A DNA stretch of 64,000 bases from an uncultured Actinomycetes bacterium (GTDB lineage Bacteria > Actinomycetota > UBA4738 > HRBIN12). The stretch spans positions 15,403-79,402 of the forward strand of contig CAVVDF010000006.1 of NCBI GenBank assembly GCA_963746995.1, written 5' to 3'. The position numbers and the translations under genes were made by a program. Each line of letters opens with the position of its first letter. The stretch's first letter is position 1. Of this stretch, positions 49,045-60,202 are shown piece by piece. The notes beneath the pieces were generated by a model. The model saw nothing but the letters and a program-made list of their open reading frames with translations, made no database searches and was not told where the DNA came from.

Positions 49045-50403
49045 CTACGTCCCGATCAGCTCGTCCGCGGCCTGGCCGAAGACCTCGGTGTGTCGGTCGA
49101 CGTCCTCGGCGGTCGTGGCCGGCGACATCAACGCCATGTTGTGGAACGGCGTCATCAGGATGCCTCGGTTCAACAGGTACAGATGGATGAACGGATCCAG
49201 CTCCTCGTCCTGACCGGCGGCCGCCTCGCTGCCGTCGCGCGCACGCTCCGGCCGGAAGAGGTACTCCACGCGGCAGCCGAGCCGGACCACGTGCCACGGC
49301 AGCCCGCTGCTTTCGATGACCGAACGGACCCCATCCTCGAATCGCTCGCCGAGCTGGATCATGCGGTCGAACGCTTCGTCCGTCATCACCTCGCCAAGCG
49401 TGGCGCGCATCGCCGCCAGCGACAGCGCGTTGCCGGCGAGCGTTCCGCCGACCCCGCCGACATCGGCGTTCTTCCAGTCGGTCGTGGCGTACACGCGCTG
49501 GCTGAGCTCCTCGCTCATCCCGTAGGCGGCGCAGGCGATCCCGGCGCCGAGAGTCTTCCCGATCGTGACGATGTCGGGCTGCAGGTTCCACGCCTTCGTA
49601 CAGCCACCGGGACCGGCGCTGATCGTATGGGTCTCGTCGATCAACAGGAGCGTTCCGTATTTCGTGCAGAGCTCGCGGACCGCCTCGTGATAGCCGGGCT
49701 CCGGGAGGACGATGCCGATATTGGTCAATGCCGGCTCGAACATGCAGACCGCAACATCGCCGTGCGCGAGCGCCGCTTCGAGCCCGGCCAGATCGTTGAT
49801 CTCCACGACCCGCGTCGTCTCCTCGAGCGGCACCGGCATGCCGACGTTCCCCTCGCGGGCCACGACGTCGCCGGCCTCGTCAAGCGTCGCGAACGTCTCG
49901 TCGACCGACCCGTGGTAGCACCAGTTGTGCACGACAACCTTGGTGCGCCCCGTCACCTGGCGCGCCCATCGGATCGCGAACCGATTCGCATCCGTCGCCG
50001 TCAGCGTGAAGTTCCAGTACGGGATACCGAACCGGCGGGCAAGCTCGGAGCCCACCCAGGCGGCGTCCTCGGTCGGGAGCATCAGCGTGATGCCGTTTGC
50101 CGCCTGATGCGCGATCGCATCAACGCTCACCTTCGGCGAATGCCCCGCCATCCCGCCTGTGTCGCCCAAGCAGAAGTCGACGAACTCGTTCCCGTCCACG
50201 TCCCAGAACCGCGCACCCTCCGCCCGGTCGACGAAGACCGGGTAGTCGCCCGGCCACCGGGTCATCCAGTTCATCGGCACGCCGAACAGCAGCGAGCGCT
50301 TAGCCTCCTCGGCGAGGTGCCCGGACCGGGGGTGGGCCTCGCGGAACGTCCGGCGCTCGCGCTCCATCAGGTCGTGCAGGCGCGTGCGATCGATCTCAGT
50401 CAC
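49045..50403 (-). CDS. class III (aspartate aminotransferase family) aminotransferase, glutamate-1-semialdehyde aminomutase-like
   Basis: 452 aa with LLIDETHT and IVTIGKTLGAG (PLP lysine). Confidence 0.85.
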   Translation of the reverse strand: MTEIDRTRLHDLMERERRTFREAHPRSGHLAEEAKRSLLFGVPMNWMTRWPGDYPVFVDRAEGARFWDVDGNEFVDFCLGDTGGMAGHSPKVSVDAIAHQAANGITLMLPTEDAAWVGSELARRFGIPYWNFTLTATDANRFAIRWARQVTGRTKVVVHNWCYHGSVDETFATLDEAGDVVAREGNVGMPVPLEETTRVVEINDLAGLEAALAHGDVAVCMFEPALTNIGIVLPEPGYHEAVRELCTKYGTLLLIDETHTISAGPGGCTKAWNLQPDIVTIGKTLGAGIACAAYGMSEELSQRVYATTDWKNADVGGVGGTLAGNALSLAAMRATLGEVMTDEAFDRMIQLGERFEDGVRSVIESSGLPWHVVRLGCRVEYLFRPERARDGSEAAAGQDEELDPFIHLYLLNRGILMTPFHNMALMSPATTAEDVDRHTEVFGQAADELIGT

Positions 50404-50487
50404 AGTGACGCTCCCTTCCGATGGGTGTCGCGCAGTGTACGCCGAGGCTGCAGGCGTCCCGGCGCGCCGCCTGTATCGTGATGGGCC

Positions 50488-51957
50488 ATGAAGCGGGTCC
50501 TCGCGGTGTTCGCCATGCTCACGTGCGTGGCGTTCGCGCAGCCGGCCTCAGCCGCCACGCCGCGGTGGATAACGAGGATCGATCGGCTCGTCGCCGGCCA
50601 TCCGATGTCCGTGGTGGTCGGCAACGACGGCGAGTCGTGGTACCGCCATGCCGCCGCGTACCGCCGGGCGCCCGCCTCGAACGAGAAGCTGCTGTTATCG
50701 ATGGCCTTGTTCGAGCGGTTCGGCACCCATCACACGTTCCGGGTGCGCGCGATGGCCACCCGCGTCTCGCCCGCCGGCGTCGTCGACGGCGACCTCTACC
50801 TCCGTGGGGAAGGTGATCCCCGGACCGACGACCGAACCCTGCGGCGGCTCGCCGGGGCGATCGAAGCCGCCGGGGTCACAAGGATCAGCGGTCGCATCGT
50901 CGGTCAGACGGGTCCGTTCCACCGGGATTGGTTCGCCCCCGGCTGGAAGTCGTACTTCCCCGAGGACTACGTCGCGCTGCCGACCGCACTCACCTTCCAC
51001 GGCAACGCGACGGCGACCGGGGTGCACGTCACCGACCCCGAGCGACGAGCTGCCACCTTCCTGCGAACCGTCTTGCGCAACCGCGGCGTGGCGGTGCGCG
51101 GCACTGCCACCGCGGGGCCCGCGATCGCCGGGCTCCATGGGGTGACCACCGTCACATCGGCGCCGCTCGCGTCGCTCGTCCTTCGGATGAACCGCGTCTC
51201 GAACAACTTCTCGGCCGAGGTCCTCGGAAAGGCGCTCGCCTACGACCGCACCGGCGTCGGGTCGATCGCGGCTGCGGCCGCCGCGGTCTGTGGCTTCGAG
51301 GCGGCCCACGGGGTGAGCGCGACGACCTGTCACGACGCGTCGGGGCTCTCCTACGCCAACCGCCAGACGGCGCTGGGCGTCGTGCGGATGCTCTGGTTCG
51401 CCGACACACAACCGTGGGCGCCGGATCTTCGGCGGTCGCTCCCCGCAGGGAACCAGGGCACCCTCAAGGGTCGCTTGTCGAACGTCCGGCTCCGAGCGAA
51501 GACGGGCACGCTCGACAACGTCTCTGCCCTCTCGGGGTGGGTCTGGAGCGACGCGGCGAGCGACTGGATCGAGTTCTCGCTGCTGACGAGCGGCATGGAC
51601 GAGTGGAAGGCGAAGGACCTCGAGGACACGGTTGTGCGGTGCTTGCCAACCGGGCGAGCGACCCGACGCCCTAGAGGTCGATCGCGTAGCGAACCTCGGT
51701 GTACGACACGTCGATCGACGGAGTACGTCGGCACCACCGTCCGATCGCCACCCCTCCGCCTCATAGAATCGTCGCGCCCCCGCGTTCTCGAGCAAGAACC
51801 CAGAGCACCGCGCCGTCGAACCCCTGGGCCCGGAGTTCACCGGTCGCGTGTGCGAGTAGCCTTCGCCCGATCCCCGTGCGGGTCGACTCTTCAAGCAGAT
51901 AGACCGCGTAGACCTCACCGATATCGCCGAGCGGTTCCTCGTCGGCCCGTGTGCTGA
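50488..51957 (+). CDS. dacB: D-alanyl-D-alanine carboxypeptidase/endopeptidase (PBP4 / peptidase S13 family); the real 3' end is probably near 51675
   Basis: Signal peptide and active-site SxxK (ASNEKLL), then SNN-like and KTG (RAKTGTL) motifs. The last roughly 95 codons are Arg-rich and overlap the convergent GNAT gene. An alternative-frame TAG at 51672-51674 would give a normal-length protein. Confidence 0.7.
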   Translation: MKRVLAVFAMLTCVAFAQPASAATPRWITRIDRLVAGHPMSVVVGNDGESWYRHAAAYRRAPASNEKLLLSMALFERFGTHHTFRVRAMATRVSPAGVVDGDLYLRGEGDPRTDDRTLRRLAGAIEAAGVTRISGRIVGQTGPFHRDWFAPGWKSYFPEDYVALPTALTFHGNATATGVHVTDPERRAATFLRTVLRNRGVAVRGTATAGPAIAGLHGVTTVTSAPLASLVLRMNRVSNNFSAEVLGKALAYDRTGVGSIAAAAAAVCGFEAAHGVSATTCHDASGLSYANRQTALGVVRMLWFADTQPWAPDLRRSLPAGNQGTLKGRLSNVRLRAKTGTLDNVSALSGWVWSDAASDWIEFSLLTSGMDEWKAKDLEDTVVRCLPTGRATRRPRGRSRSEPRCTTRRSTEYVGTTVRSPPLRLIESSRPRVLEQEPRAPRRRTPGPGVHRSRVRVAFARSPCGSTLQADRPRRPHRYRRAVPRRPVC

Positions 51958-52150
51958 AGGCGACGAACCCGACGATCCGATCGGCGACCACCGCAACTGC
52001 AACACCGCCGCGCGGGCTCGCGTCGGCCCACATCGCCTCGCGATCCGCGACCGAGAGCTTGCAGCGTACTCGTCGGCGATCAGCCCGCGATACGCCCAGC
52101 GCCAGGCCGCGACATGGATCTGCGCGATGGTGCTGGTGTCATCGATCGTC
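51672..52150 (-). pseudogene. GNAT family N-acetyltransferase; frame broken at least twice and start unclear
   Basis: The pieces are IAQIHVAAWRWAYRGLI, GVAVAVVADRIVGFVAF...RTGIGRRLL (acetyl-CoA motif) and ENAGARRFYEAEGW. They lie in different frames, with switches near 52065-52075 and 51770-51790. Confidence 0.45.
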
Positions 52151-52178
52151 GCGGCCGGATCGACGCGGCCGCGGGAGC

Positions 52179-53774
52179 TCAGTCCTCGGCGAGCGCGCGT
52201 GGGTGCAACAGCCCGTAGGTGTATGCGTCAACGAGCGCCTCCCACGAGGCCTCGATGATGTTCTCGCTGACGCCGACGGTGGTCCACTCACGCTCGCCGT
52301 TCGACATGTCGATCAGCACACGCACGACGGCGCCCGCGCCGACGCTCCGATCGAGTACACGCACGCGGAAGTCCTCGAGTTCCATGTCGTCCAGCTGGGG
52401 GTAGTCGTTCGCAAGCGCCTTTCGCAACGCGTTGTCGAGTGCGCCGACCGGCCCTTGGCCCTCGGCGCTCTCGATGTGACGCGTGCCCTTCGTCGTCACC
52501 TTGACGGTCGCCTCAGCGAGCGGATCCTCGCCGTCGCCGACGCGCTCCTCCACGTGCACGCGGTAGCTCTCGATCCGGAAGTACTCCTGGGACCAGCCGC
52601 CCGCCCGGCGAAGCAGCAGCTCGAGCGAGGCCTCCGCCAGATCGAACGTGTAGCCCTCGGACCCACGAGCCTTGAGCTCCTCGACGGCAACCGGGATCGC
52701 CGCGTCGTCGATCGGCAGGCCGAACTCGTCGGCTTTCATCCGGATCGACGCGCCGCCGCTGTAGTCGGAGGCGACCACGCCTCGGCGGTTACCGACGGCC
52801 TCCGGGGGCACGTGCTCGTACGCGCGGGACACGCGCGCGACCCCACTCGTGTGCAGTCCGGCCTTGTGCGTGAAGGCATACCGACCGGCGTAGGGCTGCC
52901 GCGCCTCCGGCGCGAGGTTCGCGATCTCAGCGACATAGTGCGCAAGCTCGGTGAGGTGTTCGACGGCGCCGGCGGGCAATGCATCGGTCACGCCGAGCTT
53001 CAGCGCGAGGTTTGCGGCGATCGGCACGATGTCGGCGTTGCCCGTGCGCTCGCCGTAGCCGTTGACCGTTCCTTGGACCTGCAGAACCCCAGCGTCCACC
53101 GCGACGAGCGAGTTCGCCACGGCACAGCCCGCGTCGTTGTGCACATGGATCCCGAGCGGCACGCCGGTCTGTTCCTTCACGGTCTTGACGACGCGGGCGA
53201 TGTCGAACGGCAGCATGCCCCCGTTCGTGTCGCACAGCACCAGACGTTCGGCGCCCGCCTCCTCCGCGGCCGCCAGCACCGACATCGCGAACGCGGGATC
53301 GCTCGCGTACCCATCGAAGAAGTGCTCCGCGTCGAAGAACACGCGCCGGCCCTGCCCGCGCAGGAAGGTGACGGAATCTCGCACCATCGCGACACCCTCG
53401 TTAAGGTCTGTGCGCAGCGCCTCGGTGACGTGCAGATCCCAGGCCTTGCCGACCAAGCAGACGACCTCGGTGCCGGCGTCCAGCAGGTCTCGGAGCGCCT
53501 GTGCGTCCTGGGTGCGTTCGCCCGCCCGCCTGGTCATCCCGAACGCGGTCAGCTCCGCGTGCTGCAGCGTCTCCTTCGTCGCCAGCTGGAAGAACTCCGT
53601 GTCGCGGGGGTTCGCCCCCGGCCAGCCGCCTTCGATGTACGGGAAGCCGATCTGGTCGAGCTTGTGCAGGATGCGCAGGCGATCCTCGACCGTGTACGAC
53701 AGATCCGCTTGCTGGGCGCCGTCGCGCAGCGTGGTGTCGTACAGCTCGACCGAGACCGGCATGCGGTCGCTCAC
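52179..53774 (-). CDS. cimA: (R)-citramalate synthase / long-form 2-isopropylmalate-synthase homologue
   Basis: 531 aa intact with YDTTLRDGAQQ and HVHNDAGCAVANSL, plus a C-terminal LeuA-dimer regulatory domain. Confidence 0.75.
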   Translation of the reverse strand: MSDRMPVSVELYDTTLRDGAQQADLSYTVEDRLRILHKLDQIGFPYIEGGWPGANPRDTEFFQLATKETLQHAELTAFGMTRRAGERTQDAQALRDLLDAGTEVVCLVGKAWDLHVTEALRTDLNEGVAMVRDSVTFLRGQGRRVFFDAEHFFDGYASDPAFAMSVLAAAEEAGAERLVLCDTNGGMLPFDIARVVKTVKEQTGVPLGIHVHNDAGCAVANSLVAVDAGVLQVQGTVNGYGERTGNADIVPIAANLALKLGVTDALPAGAVEHLTELAHYVAEIANLAPEARQPYAGRYAFTHKAGLHTSGVARVSRAYEHVPPEAVGNRRGVVASDYSGGASIRMKADEFGLPIDDAAIPVAVEELKARGSEGYTFDLAEASLELLLRRAGGWSQEYFRIESYRVHVEERVGDGEDPLAEATVKVTTKGTRHIESAEGQGPVGALDNALRKALANDYPQLDDMELEDFRVRVLDRSVGAGAVVRVLIDMSNGEREWTTVGVSENIIEASWEALVDAYTYGLLHPRALAED

Positions 53775-54823
53775 GCCGAGCCCTCGACGACGAGATCGCC
53801 GATCTCACTTGTCGTGAAGCCCATCTCGCCGGCACGCATGCTCTTCATCTGGCTCGTCGCCGCGCGGATCCCGCGGTCGACGCGTTCGGCGGCCTGGGTT
53901 TCGCCGAGCTGGCGCAGCAGCATCTCGAGCGCACCGATGGCGGCGAGCGGATTGATCGTGCCCTTGCCGGTCTCGCTCGGCGCCGTACCTCCGATCGGCT
54001 CGAACATCGACACGCCGTCGGGATTGATATTGCCGCCCGCGGCGATGCCCATCCCGCCTTGGATCATCGCGCCGAGGTCCGTGATGATGTCGCCGAACAT
54101 GTTGTCGGTGACGATCACGTCGAACCGCGACGGCGAGTCCAGGAAGTAGATGCACGCCGCGTCGACGTGCACGTAGTCGGTCTCGACGAGCGGGAACTCG
54201 GTTGCGACGTCGTCGACGACTCGCTGGTAGAGGTCGCCGGCGAAGGTCAACACATTCGTCTTGTGCACGAGGGTGAGCTGCCTGCGTCGAGCGGGCGAGG
54301 CGGCTAACTCGAATGCGTAACGGACGATCCGCTCCACTCCGTGCCGCGTGTTGATGGACTCCTGCACGGCAACCTCATGCTGCGTGCCCTTGCGATGGAA
54401 GCCGCCCGCGCCGCTGTACAGGCCTTCGGAGTTCTCACGGACGACGACGAGGTTGACGTCGTCCTCGGCGTGGCTCGGCACGAGCGTCTGCACGCCCGGA
54501 TACCGCACGACCGGGCGGAGGTTGACCCACTGATCGAGCTGGAACCGGATCTTCAAGAGCAGCTCGCGCTCGAGGACGCCGGGCTTCACCCGCGGATCGC
54601 CAACCGCGCCGAGGAAGATCGCGTCGCAGGCCGCGAGCTGCTCGAGGTCTGCGTCTGGGAGCACCTCGCCCGTCCGGAGGTACCGATCGGCGCCGAGATC
54701 GAAGTCGACGAGCTCGACCTCGAAACCGTTGCGGACGGCGTCGAGCACCTTGAGCCCCTCGCCGACGACCTCGGGTCCGGTGCCGTCGCCCCGGATCACC
54801 CCGATCCGGTACGAACCGGTCAC
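53771..54823 (-). CDS. leuB: 3-isopropylmalate dehydrogenase
   Basis: 350 aa intact with the IDH/IMDH signature [25 protein letters not shown]. Confidence 0.9.
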   Translation of the reverse strand: MTGSYRIGVIRGDGTGPEVVGEGLKVLDAVRNGFEVELVDFDLGADRYLRTGEVLPDADLEQLAACDAIFLGAVGDPRVKPGVLERELLLKIRFQLDQWVNLRPVVRYPGVQTLVPSHAEDDVNLVVVRENSEGLYSGAGGFHRKGTQHEVAVQESINTRHGVERIVRYAFELAASPARRRQLTLVHKTNVLTFAGDLYQRVVDDVATEFPLVETDYVHVDAACIYFLDSPSRFDVIVTDNMFGDIITDLGAMIQGGMGIAAGGNINPDGVSMFEPIGGTAPSETGKGTINPLAAIGALEMLLRQLGETQAAERVDRGIRAATSQMKSMRAGEMGFTTSEIGDLVVEGSA

Positions 54824-56418
54824 GGGGTGACCTCGTTCGTTTGTGCCTCGTCCTTCGCTTGTACCCGCAGCGCGCGGTTCACCGCCGCGAGGTACGCGCG
54901 CGCGCTCGCCTCGACGACGTCGGTCGCGACGCCGCGGCCCGTCACGCGCCGCCCGTCGATGTCGAGCTGCACCACGACGTCGCCGAGCGCGTCGGTGCCA
55001 CCGGTCACCGCCGAGACGTGGAAGTTCACGAGCCGGGCCTCGACGCCGGCGGCGCGCGCGATCGCGCCCATCACCGCGTCGATCAATCCGTCGCCGATCG
55101 CCGACTCCTCGATCGTCTCATCGCCCTTCGTGAGGTGGACCGTGGCCCGCGGCTGCAGATGCGTGCCGCCGCCCACGACCACCGATTCGAGAAGGAAGAC
55201 GTCAGCCTCCGCCGCGCCCAGTCTCCTCGGCGACGATCGCGGCCAGATCCTGGTCGGTGAGCTGAACCTTGCGGTCGGCGAGGTCCTTGAAGCGCGTGAA
55301 CGCGCGGTTGCAACTGCGCGTCGTCGAGCGTGATGCCCAGCTTGTCCAGCGCGTCGACGAACGCGTGCCGGCCGCTGTGCTTGCCCAGCACCAGCTGGTT
55401 GCCCTCGAGCCCGATCTCGAGCGGGTCCATGATCTCGTAGGTCGCGCGGTTCGCGAGCACGCCGTGCTGGTGGATGCCGCTCTCGTGCGCGAACGCGCTC
55501 GAGCCGACCACCGCCTTGTTCGGCTGCACGCTGTACCCGGTCATCATCGACACCAGCCGCGACGTCCGGGTGATCTCCTTGATGTTGAGGCCGTGCTGCA
55601 CGCCGAGGTGCTCGCCGACGCGTGCGGACGATCATCGCGATCTCCTCGAGCGAGCAGTTGCCGGCGCGCTCGCCGATCCCGTTGACGGCGACCTCGATCT
55701 GGCGAGCGCCGTTCTCGATGCCGGCCAGCGCGTTCGCGACCGCCAGACCGAGATCGTTGTGGCAGTGCGTCGAGATGACGACCTCGTCGGGCAGCTCCTG
55801 GCGCACGATCCGGACCAGCTCGCCGAACTCCGTCGGCGTCGCGTACCCAACCGTGTCGGGCACGTTGATCGTCGTCGCGCCGTGCTCGACGGCGAGCCGG
55901 TAAGCACTCGAGCAGGAACTCCAGCTCGGTGCGCGTCGCGTCCTGCGCGGAGAACTCGACGTCGTCGGTGTAGGTCTTCGCCAGCTTGACGTTGTCCTCG
56001 ATCGCCTGCAGCACCTGCTGGTTCGACATCTTCAGCATCGCGCCCATCTGGATGTCGCTCGTCGAGATGAAGGTGTGGATGCGCCAGCGATCGGCGCCTT
56101 TGAGCGCCTCTGCGGCGCGCTCGATGTCGCCGGTGGCCGTGCGCGCGAGCGCGGCGATCACGGGGCCGTGCACCGAATCGGCGATCTCGCGCACGGCTTC
56201 GAACTCGCCCTGCCCGAGATCGGGAACCCCGCCTCGAGGATGTCGACGTTCAGCCGGGCGAGTTGTTCGGCGATCTCGACCTTCTCGGCGCGGGTCAGCG
56301 CGATGCCGGGCGCTTGTTCGCCGTCGCGCAGGGTCGTGTCGAAGATCCGTACTACGTCTGATTGGCCTACCGCTTCGCTGCTTGAGCCCTGTACGTCGGG
56401 GTCTGCATCCGTACTCAT
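54820..56418 (-). pseudogene. leuA: 2-isopropylmalate synthase, reading frame broken about five times
   Basis: All LeuA segments are present in order across ORFs 56158-57435 (C-terminal part), 55544-56194, 54820-55863 and 55083-55601. They include [28 protein letters not shown] and the [13 protein letters not shown] region. Frame switches fall near 56200, 55890, 55620, 55300 and 55210. Confidence 0.8.
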
Positions 56419-56420
56419 GG

Positions 56421-57435
56421 TCAACTCGGCACTTTCTTCTCGGACTCCAACCAGGGCATCATCTGGCGCAGCTGCCGTCCCACGTCTTCGAGCTGGGAGG
56501 TCTGCGCCTGCTTGCGAAGTCGGAGGAACTCCGGGAAACCGGCGTCCGCCTCGCCGATCCACTTCTTGGCGAACGTGCCGTCCTGGATCTCGGCGAGGAT
56601 CTGCTCCATCGCCTGCGCGGGAATGCTCGTCGACCACCCGCGGGCCGCTCTGGTAGTCGCCCCATTCGGCGGTGTCGGAAACGCTGTAGCGCATCCACGA
56701 CAGGCCGCCCTCGTAGATCAGGTCGATGATCAGCTTCAGCTCGTGCAGACACTCGAAGTAGGCGATCTCCGGCTGGTAGCCGGCGGCCACCAGCGTGTCG
56801 AAGCCCGTTCTTGACGAGGCTCGGAGACGCCACCGCACAGGACGGACTGCTCGCCGAAGAGGTCGGTCTCGGTCTCTTCCTTGAAGCGTGGTCTCGATGA
56901 TGCCGGCGCGGGCGCAGCCGATCCCGGCCCCGTAGGCGAGCGCGCGGGCTTTCGCCGCGCCCGTCGCGTCCTGCTGCACCGCCACGAGACCGGGCGTGCC
57001 GATCCCTTGCTCGTAGGTACGGCGCACAAGGTGGCCCGGGCCCTTTGGCGCGATCATCGTCACGTCCACACCCGCCGGCGGCACCACCGTGGCGAAGTGG
57101 ATCGAGAAGCCGTGGGCGAACATCAGCATGTCGCCGTCCTCCAGGTTCGGGCGCGATGTCCACGCGTAGACGGCGCCGTGCGACGTGTCGGGCAGCAGGC
57201 ACATGATCACATCGGCGTCCGCGACGGCGTCGGCGGTGTCGAGCACCTTCAGCCCGGCCTCCTCGGCCTTGACGCGACTCGACGATCCGGGGCGAAGCCC
57301 CACGCGGACGTCATGCCCGCTGTCCTGCAGGTTCTGGGCGTGTGCGTGACCCTGCGAGCCGAACCCGAGCACCGCGATCTGCTGTCCGGCGAGCGCGTTC
57401 GGCTCGGTCTCCGCCTCGTAGTAGATCGTGGCCAT
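56421..57435 (-). pseudogene. ilvC: ketol-acid reductoisomerase, reading frame broken about three times
   Basis: The N-terminus has [17 protein letters not shown] intact. The middle ([19 protein letters not shown]) and C-terminus ([14 protein letters not shown]...) are in other frames, in ORFs 56736-57029 and 56421-56609. Confidence 0.8.
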
Positions 57436-57484
57436 GGTCGGCGTCCTTCCTTCCTCGTCGGTGCGTTCGCGGCCCAGGGTCGCC

Positions 57485-58013
57485 TCAGGCGTCGTTCGCG
57501 ACCTTGAGAGACCGGTCCTTGATACCGCGGCCGCCGCGGCCGAGCGCGATCCGCCCGGTGCGCGAGAGCTCGACGACGCCGAAGTCGCGCAGCAATCCGA
57601 GCAACGCCTCGAGCTTCTCGGACTTGCCGGCGGCCTCGAGCGTGAGCGTCGTCTTGCGTCACGTCGACGACGTTCACGCGGAACACGTCGGCGATCTCCA
57701 TCACGCGGGCTCGCCCGTCGCCGTCGGCGCGCACCTTGACGAGCATCAGCTCGCGTTCGACCGCCGAGCCGGGATCGTGCTCGAGGATCTTGATCACGTT
57801 CACCAGCTTGTTCAGCTGCTTCGTGACCTGTTCGAGCGGCTTGTCCTCGACATTGATCACGATCGTCATCCGCGAGATCCCCGGTTGCTCCGTCGCGCCG
57901 ACGGCGAGCGAGTCGATGTTGAACCCGCGCGCCGCGAACAGACCCGCGATCCGGGTGAGCACGCCGGGCCGGTCCTCGACGAGCACCGAGATCGTGTGCA
58001 GGTGGCCGTTCAT
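57485..58013 (-). pseudogene. ilvN: acetolactate synthase small (regulatory) subunit; one frame break
   Basis: The ACT domain is [28 protein letters not shown]. The C-terminal part [16 protein letters not shown]...KVANDA* is in another frame, with a switch near 57645-57668. Confidence 0.75.
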
Positions 58014-59758
58014 ACGATCGGCGCCTCCCCCGGGATCTCGTGGGGCGCGAACTCGGGCCCGAGGATGATGTCGTCGTTCGATGCGCCCGCGGGCACCATC
58101 GGGAACACGCCCTCGCGCGGGTCGACCCGGAAGTCGATCACGACACTGCGATCCTCCACCGCATACGCCTTCTCGATCGCCGCGTCGACCTCCTCGGGGC
58201 TCTCCACCCGGAACCCCACCGCCCCGTACGCCTCGGCGAGCCGCACGTAGTCGGGCGACGTCCGGATTGAGGTACACGCCCGAGTAGCGCTCGTCGAAGA
58301 ACAGCTCCTGCCATTGGCGGACCATCCCGAGATAGCCGTTGTTCAGGATCGCCGTGATGAACGGGATCTGTTCGGTGTTGCTCGTCGCGAGCTCCTGCGC
58401 CGTCATCTGGAAACAGCCGTCGCCGTCGATCGCGACCACCCGTTTGTCGGGCTGGCCGGTCTTCGCGCCGAGCGCCGCGGGCACGGCGAAGCCCATCGTG
58501 CCGAGCCCGCCGGAGTTGATCCAATGCCGCGGCCGCTCGAAGCGCCAGTACTGCGCACGCGTACATCTGGTGCTGTCCCACGCCCGGCCACGAGGATCGT
58601 GTCGTCGTCGGCGAAGTGCGCGCAGCCGCTCCACGCAATACTGCGGCTTGAGCCGGTCCGATTCCTGGCCGTAGCGCAGGGGGTACTGCTGCCGCCAGTC
58701 GGCGAGCTGTCCGAGCCAGGCGGACCGGTCGGGCGCGCCGTGCTCGCCCTGCCGCTTCGCCAGCTCGACGGCGAGCTTGCCGATCACGTCCTTGCAGTCG
58801 CCGACGATCGGCACGTCGGCGACCCGGTTCTTACCGATCTCGGCCGGGTCGACGTCGACGTGCACGATCTTCGCGTCGGGGGCGAAGGCCGCGAGCTTGC
58901 CGGTGACGCGGTCGTCGAACCGCGCGCCGAGCGCGACCAACAGATCGGCGCGCTGCATCGACGTGACCGCGGTGTAGTTCCCGTGCATGCCCGGCATGCC
59001 GAGGCAGAGCTCGTGCGAATCGGGGAACGCGCCCCGCGCCATCAAGGTCGTGACGACCGGGAGGCCGGCCGATCGTGGCGAGCTCGAGCAGCTCCGGGGG
59101 CGGCGTCGGCCTTGATGACGCCGCCGCCGACGTAGAGGACCGGCCGCTCCGCCGCGAGGATCAGCTTCACGGCCTCGGATACCTGGCGGTTGTTGCCCTT
59201 CGTCGTCGGCCGGTAGCCCGGCAGGTTGATCTTCTCGGGCCAACGTACTCGACGTCGGCGTTCAGCACGTCCTTCGGCAGGTCGACCAGCACGGGGCCGG
59301 GGCGGCCGGTGCTCGCGATGTGGAACGCCTCGCGTACGGTCTCGACGATGTCCTCGGCCCGCTTCACCAGGAAGTTGTGCTTCGTCACCGGGATCGTGAT
59401 GCCGGTGATGTCGGCTTCCTGGAAGGCGTCGTTGCCCACGACCGGCGTCGGCACCTGGCCGGTGAGCGCGACGATCGGCACCGAATCCATCTTCGCGTCG
59501 GCGAGCGGCGTCACGAGGTTGCGTCGCGCCCGGTCCGCTGGTCGCCATGCACACGCCGACCTTGCCGGTCGCCCAGGCGTAGCCCTCCGCCGCGTGGCCG
59601 GCGCCTTGCTCGTGACGGCAGAGCACATGGCGGATCGGCGACCGGTCGACCAGCGGGTCGTAGATCGGCATGCTGGCGCCGCCGGGGATGCCGAAGATGA
59701 CCTCGACGCCCTCCTGCTCGAGGGCCTTGAGGACGGCGTCCGCGCCCTTGACGGTCAT
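58010..59758 (-). pseudogene. ilvB: acetolactate synthase large subunit, reading frame broken at least six times
   Basis: All TPP-enzyme segments are present across ORFs 59042-60073, 59167-59628, 57249-59243, 58138-58638 and 58010-58246. They include GIPGG, GPGATNLVT and GLGTMGFAVPAALGAKTG...AIDGDGCFQM. Confidence 0.8.
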
Positions 59759-59760
59759 CC

Positions 59761-60073
59761 GCGCGGCCACCTCGCGCTGTTCGACGGGCCCGGTCTCGAC
59801 CCGGCGGACCTGCGCCTGCAGCCGATGCGCGAGGTTGCGGCACGCACGCTCGAACTCCCAGGGTGTCCAGTCGCGCCGACGCATCTGCAACACGTCGGGA
59901 ACCTCCTCGTCGCCCATGTCGAACCCGCCGCCCAGATACACCACCTCCGAGGAGAGGTACCGGTCGACCGTCGCACGGGTGGAGTTGTCGATCGCGTCGA
60001 CCGTCACTTGGCCGGGGCCCTCCCACAGAACGCTCGCGACGACGGTGCCGTCTCGCTCGAATTCGTACCGCAT
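59761..60073 (-). CDS. hypothetical small ORF between the ilv attenuator and ilvB (reads into the ilvB start with no intervening stop)
   Basis: AGGAAGGAG RBS, then ATG 60073 ([22 protein letters not shown]...). No homology recognised. It may be a separate small gene whose stop was lost through an indel, or a spurious extension. Confidence 0.3.
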
Positions 60074-60135
60074 GGTGGGTCTCCTTCCTCATGGTCCCCG
60101 CCGAAGGGTCGGGGCCCGGTTGTCGTTGCGGGATA

Positions 60136-60202
60136 CAAAAAGCCCCCCGCTGGGCGGAGGGCATCTGGCGCGGGGGTCTTCGGGCCCGTGGGCCCCCCGC
60201 GC
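60136..60202 (-). terminator. transcription attenuator of the ilv operon: mutually exclusive antiterminator and terminator hairpins, followed by a U-run
   Basis: The minus-strand transcript has region 1 gcgcggggg (which abuts the leader stop codon), region 2 cccccgcgc, and a terminator gccctccg-cccag-cggggggc followed by uuuuugu. Region 2 can pair either with region 1 or with the terminator 3' arm. Confidence 0.6.

Noticed and set aside
50695-52005. 436-aa minus-strand ORF antisense to dacB
   Set aside because: High-GC antisense shadow; Arg/Gly/Pro-rich with no domain. Only its upstream end, the GNAT fragment ENAGARRFYEAEGW, is real coding sequence.
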